A stretch of 52,325 bases of DNA, counting the filler, from Catajapyx aquilonaris (Eukaryota): assembly GCA_000934665.2 (NCBI GenBank). It is 3 parts of 3 records of this genome, joined end to end, with 100 filler letters (N's around TTAATTAATTAA, not from the genome) between each part and the next. Parts side by side here need not be neighbours in the genome. Positions count along the whole stretch, not along the records: positions 35,000 to 52,325 come from JYFJ02006976.1; 2 more parts are not named here. One strand, given 5' to 3'. Numbering within the stretch: position 1 is the stretch's first letter; each line of letters begins with the position of its first letter. Below the pieces are notes generated by a model, which was not told the origin of the DNA, did no database searches, and was given only the letters and a program-made list of their open reading frames with translations. Shown here piece after piece: positions 36,820 to 48,640 of the stretch. A program made the translations under genes and the position numbers.

Positions 36820-39800
36820 GAGTTGGATATGCTATATGCATAATAGATGTGTACACGGGGATGTGCTACAATACGATCATAGGATGGGCCGTATATTATC
36901 TGGTGGCTTCGTTCAGTTATGAGTTGCCTTGGACCAGCTGCCATAATGAGTGGAATACCCCAAATTGTACACTTGTTACCGAACTGGCTAATTCGTCTGA
37001 CAAAGAGTTTGCTACAAGTCCGGCCAAGGAATTTTTTGAGTAAGTTTCACTTATCTGGTTTTGATTACAGAGACAGCTGATATTGACAGTGGTTGTCACA
37101 ATCTGTCTTGGTCTGTCAAACCTTTGTTTTGTTGTCCAAACCATATATTTTTTTTGTAATCAATGTATTATTGAGGGTAGCAACTAAGTTGTCCATAATG
37201 TCCAATCGGCAGGCGCAGTGTACTGGAACTTCAAAATGCTGATGGACTGGACAGAATCGGACCAGTGAAGTGGTCTCTAGCCCTTTGCGTCCTGTCCGTC
37301 TTCGTTTTGGTCTACTTCTCCTTATGGAAGGGTGTCCGCTCCACCGGAAAGGTCAGTTCCCCATTTTCTTTGTTCACAATATCCGATTACAGTGTATGGC
37401 AAAAATAGTAAAAATTGATGGAAGAGTAGGTGAAACGTAAAGAGGACGACCGCTTTGCCTCTCTTCAGCGTCAATCTAATTAAAGTCTTCCGTTCCATCC
37501 CGGACGCAAATTTTATTCCGCAGCCCTTTAAACGGATTCCCAAACAACATTTAGGGGATTACTCACGCTTTTTGCTGCTCGATTTTTTGGAGGGGGTTCA
37601 GGGGGGTAGATTTCTGTCTGCTATTAATTGCCTATTTGACTCAAGTGAGAAGCTCAGTTCTTGGACACCCGGTGGTACGAAATCAACTGGATACGCCATT
37701 TGTGTAAATATGTGGTTGAAAATTGGAATTGATGAATATTTGGGATAATATTGGAGCGTGGAGAACCGGTAAGAACCGTTACACCTACCACCTGATTGGT
37801 TGGCGCGTGGAGCAGGAGCAGAGCAGGAGTAGCAGCAGGACCGTTAAGAACCGTTACACCTACCACCTGATTGGTTGGCGCGTGGAGCAGGAGCAGGAGC
37901 AGAGCAGGAGTAGAAGCAGGACCGTTAAGAACCGTTACACCTACCACCTGATTGGTTGGCGCGTAGGAGCAGGAGCAGAAACAGGAACAGGAGCAGGAGA
38001 AGGAGTATAAGCAGGAGTAGAAACAGGAGCAGGAGTCCCCATGAGTCCTAGTCTCAACTTAGGAAAGCAATAAGATGGCATGGAGTAAGTGATGGGCCGA
38101 AGTGCCGGCGGTGGCAAAAGGAATGAAAAATCCTCTGTTTCCCATCCCAGAGAAAATAGATTGTGGTGCGAGGGAAGCGTGCGATTCGTCTTGATAAGAG
38201 TGGCCACCCTGGAATTTTTTTGCAATACAGATGAGGAGCAGGGCTTAAGGGGCCGTTTTATCTGACGAAGTTGCCCTTTGCTCATGTAGAAATAATGCCA
38301 TTGGATGACCCAGGCCAGGAAATGGCATTGGCTTCCATTTCCTAATGAAACGTGCAGACTCGGCAAACGGGATCAGTTCGGATTTCATCCCAGAGGATGG
38401 GAGAAAGAAGGAGGATCCTCATCAATTACATGTTGAGAGGTCACAATCACCCACCAAGGATATATCTTCCAGACATTCATTAGCATTTTTGCTACATCCA
38501 GTCACGATTATTGGCTCACTCTCATCGACGACTCATTTTCTGTCTACGGTCACTATTATATGAGCAGTTTCGAATTAACTTGCACGAAATCAACGCGAAT
38601 CTGACGTTTTATGGCCTATATTCTGCCGAATTCATCATTAATTATCCGGAGTACGAGTCATTAATACCGGATGCAACACTGAACAGGTAGACAAAACGAT
38701 TCATCATGCGGTCAATATTACTGGGGATATAACCACGATTACACTATTAATGTGGTATTGGACACCTGTGAATTATCGATTTTACACAGTTCATGTAATA
38801 ATAGGTGGCAAATTGCCATGGGGTAAACCGTCATGGTGTGTTCGCCCAAATAATTACAATGTGGCCGCAATGTATAGAAATTCGACAGATTTGCTGTACC
38901 TATAGTGTTTGACACGATACTGCATGCGACATTTCTGTTGCGGAAGAAGTGCAAATCGAAAACGAAGCCGTGCGAGTAAGAAGTGGTAGGCCTTGAGTGA
39001 CGTCACCGGCTGGGGGGCAATGGAGAAAAGGCTTGTCCCCAGCCAGTGACGTCACCCAATGGCTGCCATTTCTTACTCGCACGGCTCATACTTCGATATG
39101 CACCTCTTCCGCATCGGAAAATGTCGCGAGCAGTATGAGTATGACGCAATTAATGTCCAGCAGGTATTTGCTAACCTTAATTGCTGTTTACTCTCTAGCA
39201 ATTACTATTGCCGCAGTAGAGTGTACTGTATTTTACGACAATCAATATTGTATACACAACCTTTGATAAATGAACCTCTGAAGTTCACAGGTAGCAAATA
39301 TATGATTTCGTTGATACAGGTGGTGTGGATCACAGCACTAGCACCATATGTGGTCCTGTTTATCCTATTGGTGCGAGGTGTCACCCTTCCTGGATCGGAC
39401 GAAGGAATTCGGTACTACCTCACCCCACAATGGGACAAACTGAAAACCTCTAAGGTGAATCGCAATATCCTATAACCAAAATAATTCGGACTAAACCATC
39501 TTCTTTCTTAGGTGTGGATAGACGCAGCATCTCAAATCTTCTTCTCATTAGGACCCGGGTTCGGGACACTTCTTGCTCTGTCCAGTTATAACAAGTTTCA
39601 CAACAATTGCTATAGGTGAGACATCGGGTCAACAGTTGACATTTGTTTTTAAAATTTAAATTCATTTTAGTGTATAGGTGTATAGGTGTATAGGTGTAGA
39701 GGTGTATAGGTGTATAGGTGTATAGGTTCCTTATAATTATAATGTGTATTTTCAGAGACGCACTTTTAACAAGCACTATCAACTGTCTAACGAGCTTCCT

Positions 39801-41212
39801 GGCTGGATTTGTCATATTTTCGGTACTGGGCTACATGGCCCATGTGCAAGACAAGAGCATCGAGGAGGTGGGCCTGGAAGGTAAGGGTTAGGCTCATGGC
39901 AGTTGCAGGGTTAGGATGGAGGATAGGACTGCCACATATTTTTGACTAAATTTGCATTTCAGGTCCTGGATTGGTGTTTATCGTGTATCCAGAAGCAATC
40001 GCAACCATGCAAGGCTCAGTATTTTGGTCCATCATTTTCTTCCTTATGCTCATTACGTTAGGTAAGGACTGGTCAACATTTCCGTGTGTTGAGATGAAAA
40101 AAAAAGCAAGCGCAATTTCCCTTTCCACTTGATCCACTTACCCTTGGGGCTATGCCCTTCCGCCTAATTAAAGTCATCCGGACTGATTGGACCCCAGGCT
40201 CTTGCTTATTAATTAACTCTTCCACTCCCGCACATATGCCATTTTCACTAAACTCTCCGAAACGACTGTTTGTGACGTGTCATTTCATGTCATACGTCAT
40301 GATAACCCTAATCAAAGTTGGACTTTAATTATTATTTTTTTCCCAGGTCTCGATAGTACTTTTGGAGGACTTGAAGCTATGATTACTGCCCTATGTGACG
40401 AGTATCCTCGCCGATTGGGTCGAAATAGAGAGCTCTTTGTTCTTGGATTGTTGTGCTTCATTTACATATGCGCTCTCCCTACTTGTACTTACGTAAGTAA
40501 ATTTTTAGAACTAATTTTTTGTTGTTCTTTTGAAATCGATATTATTTTAGAATTTCAAATTGTGATTATCCCACTAAGGCAAAAATCAGCACGGAGTTTT
40601 ATCCTGATTGTCATTCATGAATTTTGATTGGTTTTTCCAGGGAGGATTGTATTTAGTGAATCTTTTGAACGTCCACGGTCCTGGAATAGCTATCTTGTTT
40701 GTGGTGTTTGTGGAAGCTGCGGGTGTGTGCTGGTTTTATGGTGTGGACCGATTTGGAAGAGACGTGGAGAAAATGATCGGGCATATTCCAGGTCTATTTT
40801 GGCGAGTTTGCTGGAACTTTATCAGTCCCATATTCATTCTTGTAAGTAACACATACTTAGAAAAAAAAAGGCAGATTTAATATTGTTGTGTTTGCAGATT
40901 ATTTTCATATTCTCCCTTGTTGGGTATGAGCATCTGCAGACGGATGAGTATGTGTACCCCATGTGGTCCGTTGTTGTTGGATGGATCCTCACAGCGTCTT
41001 CACTTGTTTGCATCCCTATTTACATTCTGTACGCCTTTATTAAAGCAGAAGGATCTTGCAAGGAGGTATGACATATTATCATACTAATAGTCAGCATATT
41101 ACTGATTACAATTATTATTCAGAGAGCATTACAACTTATAACGCCGGAGGAGTCAAATCCTGAAACGACCTCTGTTGTGACATCCAATTCAGCGTATGGT
41201 ACACATGTCTGA
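36820..41212 (+). CDS. SerT: Sodium-dependent serotonin transporter (SLC6 family), partial spliced gene from TM3 to stop
   Basis: Ten GT-AG exons with consistent phases: 36820-37039, 37213-37351, 39320-39454, 39512-39615, 39756-39880, 39963-40061, 40347-40492, 40641-40841, 40898-41065, 41123-41212 (TGA). SERT-type motifs are [82 protein letters not shown] and [16 protein letters not shown]. The protein ends ...YGTHV. Confidence 0.93.
37771..38036. repeat. Composite tandem repeat: 3 units of 75-81 bp plus a GGAGCA-type hexamer run, in a SerT intron
   Basis: AAGAACCGTTACACCTACCACCTGATTGGTTGGCGCGT starts at 37771, 37846 and 37927, each followed by GGAGCA-like repeats. Confidence 0.9.
38920..39133. 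mobile_element. Degenerate palindromic MITE with TA flanks (Tc1/mariner, Stowaway-like)
   Basis: TA|CTGCATGCGACATTT...GCCGTGCGAGTAAGAA...GTGACGTCAC / GTGACGTCAC...TTCTTACTCGCACGGC...AAATGTCGCGAGCAG|TA; imperfect arms of about 95 bp. Confidence 0.7.
39670..39727. repeat. (GTGTATAG)7 tandem repeat in a SerT intron
   Basis: Seven 8-bp units, one with a mismatch. Confidence 0.9.
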
Positions 41213-43320
41213 CTTGGATCATCAGGCCAAACCCATATGGAATGTACTACCAGCAAGAGCGCCGTTATGGAGTGGCTGGTCTGAGAAACCTATCGATGAA
41301 CGATTGATTCCATCAATCGTTACCTATAAATAATAAGCCACCGTTTTGTTATTATTAACGCTACGTACCGGTATTTATTATGACTGACTGAATTGTATTT
41401 CCAGTAGCACACTGTACTTAATCCGGTGTCCTTTTGTGGATGGACATAGCTTTTCGTGGCCATGTAAACTAAATGTCGATGTCGATGAGGACGGTGGTAT
41501 GTCCATCGTAATTTCATTCGTGCTGTTGTGTAGTACAATACCAAGAAGAGTTGGGGTATCTCGATGGTTACGAGGGTTGTGTGGAACAACATTTGTAGTT
41601 GTAGAGCTTTTTTTTTCTTTATGTCTTTCCTCTCCTTCCATCCTTTCCGTCTTCAGACAGTGACTTATAACGACAGGCATGTATAAGGTCCTGTCTGGTA
41701 CATTGCGATTGGCTGCCCCTAGGTGGAAGCGAGTGCTGCCACCTACCAACAGCCACATCATGCGGTATAAGCAGGTGCGTCCACCTATCGGCAACCGAAT
41801 CAAACACGATTGATCAACGCTACAGATATTTACCACTCATTAGTTCGCTCACATCCCATGTATATTAAAATATTCATGTAAATAAGGGGGCTGTATTTGG
41901 ATATATGCAATTTATGTCGTTGCTGTGTATGATGGCGAACCTGATTAACTGGTGCTTCTATCTCTAAAAATACTCTATTAGTACGTAGACCGTAGTTCGC
42001 GTGACTTGTCGGTGTAGTTAGGCAATAATAGATAAACGGGTTAGCTTTTATACCGCGTAATCAGGAGTAGCATCCATGGAAATTGAAGTCACACATACGA
42101 AAAACAGAATGAGTTCACGCACATGCGTGTGGAGTTACGCGGGCGAAATTTTAGCACTAAATGTGGCGGTGTCGTACGTATCTAAACACGTGTCTCTATT
42201 TTGTAACCAATCAGAGGGACACCGCATAGTCAGTCGTGAATAACCAGTACTTGTCCATAATGTGATGGATGTCGACGTACCTGTCTTGTTATCCGTTAGG
42301 ACGTTTAAGCCCAAAAAAAATAAATAGAGTTCTGTTATTAGAATAAAACGACTTTTAAGGATGTATCAAAAAATAGCAGAACTATTGAGATAGTGATAGT
42401 ATTGCGGCTTCCCTGCCTTCCTGCAGCCATAAGACAGGGATGCTGTATGTCATATGATGTATAATTCGACGTGTGCTTGTATCGCTGTGATTCTTCCGCA
42501 AAACTGACCCAGAGAGTGTTTGTGCTCACAAACCCTGAAAATGAGTTGCAATGTGCCGTTGTTCTGTATTCATTTCCATTACAATCTGCCGATTGGGTAT
42601 TCAGGTCAGCACACGATTATTTTGACAGAAACTTGTTTGGCAGATTTTTTTTTATTTTATGAATAAAAAAAGATTTAATCAGTTATTACCATATGTACTA
42701 TTAGTGCGTCATATCGCCCAACCATTCTGTATGACGTGTCTATGGATCGATGTCACGCAGGTATGTAACCGAGGGGTACTACGAAGGGACGGTGGGAAAA
42801 CAAGCTTCGTCTATGTCGATACTATTGATTGTAGTTTTCACGGTCACTTCAAGAAGTCATGTGTAGAAACACGGATTGAGTGACCAGCTCCGGATGTGAC
42901 CACGTCAGGTGAGGATAAGACGTCATAAGTTTCATAACTCATCCTAATATCATACAATCAAAAAATTAATGTTCTAGTTTACGTGGGAGAAAACAATTAT
43001 TAGGTGTCATTAGACGGTCTATTCTGAAGCCATTTGTGTAATTTCCTGAGAAGTTCCCTTAGCGTGACAATCAACAAGCGAGGGGGGTTTTTTCATGGGG
43101 GGGGGGGGGGGGTTTGCCTCAACCAATAGCAATGAGACGATGGTCTGGATGAGACATTCAACTGGCGCAACTCATGCACATCGGAGTTGAAAATGGACTG
43201 TACACAGTACATATCAGGTACGTCTTAGGCTACCAAAATACGACCAATGACGTATAGGGCATTAATATTTTGCGAGTAATGATGGCTATTTCAGTACCCT
43301 ACAGTTAGCTACCAGTCACC

Positions 43321-44102
43321 ATGCGGGGCCAGGCAACACCGATGTCGGTCCCAAGCCGTGCTTCGGCACCTGCATTTATGATTCTAAGACGTCATACCAA
43401 ACCTCGAAACCTACCACCTATGGGACGAGAGAGCCAATTGTCAATCGACAGCAACAGAAGTCAACAATCAAATGGCAGCAACCTCTCTGCTTCCACCATA
43501 TCTTCAACAGTGAGTTTACAAAGGGTTACTTTGGAGCTGGTCGTCCACCCTTATTGATTGACCAATGCTAATGATGCTAATAGACAGGATGTCCGTATCT
43601 TACAATGCACTCAACTTTACAGGCATCAATCAACAGTGATGTGAGTGTGTTGGAGTTACAACGATTGGAAAGTCCTAGACTTATAGGAAGTCCACCACCT
43701 GTACCGTTGAAAAGAGAGGCATTTCAGAGTCCTGCAGCCAAGACGTTACTGAAAGAAGAAGTTTTGTCATCTTCATTGGACATGTCTCAACCAACAATAA
43801 GGTTGTGTAAAAGTGAAGATATTGTAGTGAAGGCGCCATCAACGTCTTTGGTGTCTCATAACAACTTGACACCTCCGCCAAGATTAGTGTCGTATAACTC
43901 GAATCGTAGTAATGGAGGGTCAGTTCTTCAGGATTGGACTACAGAGACGCCATCTTCAAATAGGGGTGGGTCAGGAAATCACTTTTTTGGTGCCCTGGGT
44001 TATATACCACCTGCTTTCCAGTCGCGGTTGGACCGACCTTTGACCGGAGATGACATATCATCTAAGTATCCTAAAATAGGCCCAATCAATAAGAAAAAGT
44101 GA
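43321..44102 (+). CDS. Putative 222-aa Ser/Pro-rich uncharacterised protein (coding exons 43321-43509 and 43623-44102)
   Basis: gtcaccATG Kozak-like start. Donor ACA|gtgagt (43509) and acceptor ttacag|GCA (43623) join ORFs 43321 and 43605 in phase 0, and both halves are Ser-rich. An upstream donor CAG|gtacgt (43217) and a CCAAT near 43123 support a gene here. Confidence 0.55.
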
Positions 44103-47100
44103 TATGAAGTGATTTTTTTGGCGAATGTAATTGCGTTACAGTGCATTGTTAGACCTGTGACTTTATCCGAAGAAGAGTATTACTACGGCCGCTTGGTAAT
44201 TACCAATCATCTGATACTCACAGAGTGTACAAATTGTGCGTTCTTTTGCATTTGTGTTGCTTTTATTTGCTTGATGGGCTCAAACTTCAGTCGGGATTTC
44301 ACTCCCGATACGCCAAAATATTATGTGAATATTCGTTAAGTACCGTACGTAAATACCAGATCGTTATTGCTTGGTAAGTTTGTGTTGATTTGTAACGTCT
44401 GTATAATTGAGTATACGTATCATATTTTTATGACACACTGTGAGATGTATTTATTTGCAATATATTGCAGTAAGTGACAATCATAATCGATATTTTCTTC
44501 TGGTATCGTGGATACAAGGCATTTAGTTAGAAACAGGTCATGACCGATATTTGCATCGACGTTCTTCCATTGTGTGAGGTATAGGTAGTTTCAGTCACGA
44601 CACGAGCTGGCTGAATATTGTAAGTGCACCCGTTCATTTGGCATGTAGCCTCACCCTTTCTTCAGTCTTTCCCAATATTTTCCCCAATATTTCCCAACAT
44701 TTCCCAATATTTTGAGAAACTAGTAGAATATCTGTATGAATCCAAAAAACTAGATTGGTAACGATGTAGGTTAGAACACACTAGACACGATTGCGTAATG
44801 CCACGAACTTTGACATAATCTAACACAGCAAAATTTGTGGCAGAAATATATCAACGTAGGTGTGTCGTATAGCGTCTGTTTTGGTATCGACCGCTTCCAA
44901 GGAAACTGTACGTACAACGATTGCTAACTGATCTAGCGGTATGACATTTAAGCACGACACTTAATAGTAGATTTGGGCACGGTACCAAAATGATCGCCCA
45001 AACTTTTGATACAATTAAATTGAAAAAAACCAGCAGCCTTGCAACTTCCTTTGTGACTAGACCTCCAAGCAAACCGGACGTCTCACCCACCTCAAGACAA
45101 TTATTACAGGTACGCGTATGTGCCCACCATTTAGATGGGGTAATCTGGTAGGCCTGAATAGTACTTGCTGCTCTATATGAATTCACTCATTTTGTAGTGA
45201 TTAAGTCAAAGTGGGATAGCAGGTGATAATTATTGCCAAAATGACAAGCATATTTTAATTCACTACGTTTGCAGGGGATAATGAGGTACCAGCGATGCAG
45301 CACTTCGTGGACCGAAGATGTCCTCCGTCAAGTGGGGTCAAGTTGGACATCGGGTTAAGCCACGCACACTTAGCACTAGACAGGCCTGGAATGCATGAAT
45401 GGTGAGTACATCAGCGATTAAAAATCAGTCATTTACAGGTTTCGTATATCACGCAGCAATTAAGAGTCAGTTGTACCAGGTCAGATATCAGATTCTTGCC
45501 TACTAAAATCTGCATTTGCAACGAAAAACATTGCCCTATAATTTGGTGAGGCAAGAATCTGAGTTAACCGACATGGTGCAGCAAGAACAGTAAAAACGCA
45601 ATTGCAATGGGCAGTAAAACCAATAATTGCTTGTCAACTAGCTCCATTAGAAATACTGGATTAATTTGTGTAAGAAAATGGGGCTGGACGAATGACACTC
45701 CTTGGCGCAGTGCAATGCAGGGATGCCATTGGGATAACTGCTGTCTGTTAAATAGCCCAAAATGGAATTAAAGTGGTTCATGTAAAGATGTTTAAAAAGT
45801 GCAATCGTGACTGTACCGAATGAGATTGACTTCCTATCACCCATCAGTCAAATTGCCTCAATCAGGCCTAGTGTCTACAATGTAATGTGAATTAAAAGAA
45901 AAGCCACTAGAAAATTGCGATTAAATTGCCAAATTTGCTTTGACCTTGTGCTACCCCTGAGGGCACTAAGGACGCCATTTTACGCCAACGATCACCGACA
46001 TATAATGGCGGCGGTTGGTAAATTTGCGTTGTTACTTGGCCTTAGGTACATGTTGGTACTGATTTTGATAAGCTGAATTGTTGACCATTTGGACAATCAG
46101 TCCTATATTGCCATATTTTACAAAAATTTCCCTTCAAAGTGCATGTTTGCAAATAGCAATATTTCATATTTAATGTAAGTGTTCGTTTCTTGGATCCATT
46201 TAAATTTTGAACACCAGGAATTAATTGTAATAGTACCTTGTCATGGCACTAATATTGTATGTTTGGGGACATTAAAGTTGATTCGATTGTTGGCTGATGG
46301 GCCGACAGTGTTGTGCTGTCTTCTGTAGACATTCATAATAATTATGAAATTTTGATATAATTATTACCAAAATTTGTACTTGAGTAATTGTGGTTTGACT
46401 GCGTTATTTTACAAAATGCTTTCTTTTATGCAGGTGCAGCCTTGAGATTATGGTCTACAGGTCTACATTATCATGCGGCTGCCGCCTTCACAGCCCTAAG
46501 CAAGCATCACCAGCTTCTCTACAATGACTACATGATCATTAGTCTTTCATCGCAGCATCCAGCATCTCGATGGTCTTCGGACACAACCATTATTATCTGG
46601 TAAGCATTTCTCTTGGTTATTTTGCACTGCATAAGCCATGGTGACATTAAACATAGCAGCTGAATCTGAACTTGAGTGAGGGCAACAAGGAAATGGGTTT
46701 CAAAAATTCTGGACTGTTCATAAAATGAAGCATTGGAGTCACAAGCCTTGGGGTAGTTGTGCTGTTGACATTGTTGGAGTCATGCTGTGTTACGTCAGCA
46801 GTGTAGTTATCAACAGGTGCTTAAAATTGAAATTAATCGCATGGGATATTCAGTTTGAGGGTTACTCGCGTCAAAAGCATGTGCCTTGAATACCCAAAAT
46901 TGAACCTTATTGGAGTCAAACATAACCATAATGTCACAATGACCTTCTCATTGCTCGTTAACTTGCAAAGTTTGCAGGTTCAATCAAATGTTGTGGTGCT
47001 TCGCAGTGAATATGTCGCAGCCCCATAATGAAACTGGGCATTTAATGAAATATCTACTGAAATTGGACACATGCTGTTGTGCAATCTCCTGTGAAGAATT

Positions 47101-48082
47101 ACAGTGTGCTCAGAAATATTGGACTCGTCGCGAAGTGTCACAACGGGTTGGACTGATTCCGTAATTCAGAATCTGTCCTGGCGTGTATGGCCAGACTTCA
47201 AAAGTTTCATGTTTCTATCCCATGACTTTTGGCACTTGAGTCTTGCATAACAATGATTGCACATGTTAACTGTTTCACCTGATTTACATTCTCTGCATCT
47301 CTGTTGCTTTCAGATTTCTTTCGCCCAGAGGAAGAGCAGCAGTGATTTCCAGGGCTGTTACCAGAGGATGATGCTCATAACGAGATGTTGCTGTAGGTCA
47401 GTATCATTGAGATCAAGGTCTCAATGCAGTTGCGTGGATTTGAGTGTTGGCTCCTGTGAGAATTGCCTGACTGCAATAAAATGACTCTTCTGAATGTATC
47501 TGCTTTCTATTGGGAAATGAGGGGAAACCTTTTGTGCTGCACTCAAAGTCTTTGCAGGTGGAATTGCTCATTGCCTTTACAGCATTCCCACTTAATCAGT
47601 TCTGCTACAGATGTCTTCTCTACTTGACTTATCAGCTTTGGCATTTCTCTTGATGAAAGTGGTAGAGATCATGTTAATTAAGATTTTCTTAGGTGTTTGT
47701 GGCTGGGAATATCAATGTCAGGGTGCTAAAATTTGCTTAATTTATGTGCAGGAAGCAATATGTTCAATTTCCATGTAATTGCATTGGCACTTTTCTATTG
47801 TGTTATGTTTTTGAATTAAAAATGTAATTTCTTTTTTCAGTAATTTGCTGCCTGTTGCTGAGATGGTGCCATCCTGGAAGCCACTCCTGAGTGATGATCA
47901 GCATAATTTTTCTTGTTTCCCTGTTAGTTTTCTTCTCTTTCCAGTCATTTTCAGCCCAGATGGTGCCAGTCATCAGCAGCATCCTTTCCCACCTCCTTTT
48001 ACCCCCCTACAAATCTTCCGCTTTTTTGGCATCATGTGCTAATACTTCTTGGCACATGATGTTGAAAAGAGGTCGATTTACC

Positions 48083-48640
48083 GCCTGCATTTAGGCTTCC
48101 CCCCTTTCGACGTCATGCACTTGTGCATGACGTCGAAGGTGGGGAAACTTGCAGGCTGAAAAATCGTAGTTTTAGTCGTCGATAAAAAGGCCGGGGTCGT
48201 CCGGGCGTAATTTCGGGCGGCCCCGGCCGCCCCTGCATTCGCGGAGCCTGCTCTCGCGGAGCCTATCTTGTTGACTCCGCCCCTCTTTTCTTTAATTTTT
48301 TTCAGAGTCCAGTGAGAGTCTTTGAGTGGTTGACTCAGTCTTGGCCCTCCCCCCTGCGTGCTGATGGTTGAGGCTTCGATGGATGGGGGTTCACGTGTGG
48401 ATGACGTAGGTTACATCGTCCATACGTGCCCCCATCCATCGAAGGTGGGGTGAGGCTTTGATGGATGGGGGTGCATGAGTGGACAATGTAAGTTACGTTG
48501 CCCTCCTTCCCCTATCTCCCCAGGGCAAGCCCTGGGAGGATAGGGGAAGGGGAGGCAACGTAGCTTACATTGGCCATGGGCCCCCATCCATTGAAGCCTC
48601 TCCCCGGCCATCAGTAGGCAGGGGGGGGGGGGGGGGGCNG
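48083..48640. repeat. GC-rich cluster of nested hairpins/palindromes
   Basis: Stems at about 48083-48156 (15-bp perfect core TTCGACGTCATGCAC/GTGCATGACGTCGAA), 48189-48228, 48374-48444 and 48452-48600; an outer pairing 48345-48367/48608-48630 encloses the last two. Confidence 0.8.

Noticed and set aside
37771..37965. Repeat-spacer-like pattern resembling a CRISPR array
   Set aside because: The intervening segments are near-identical GGAGCA runs rather than unique spacers; it lies in a eukaryotic intron and no cas genes are present.
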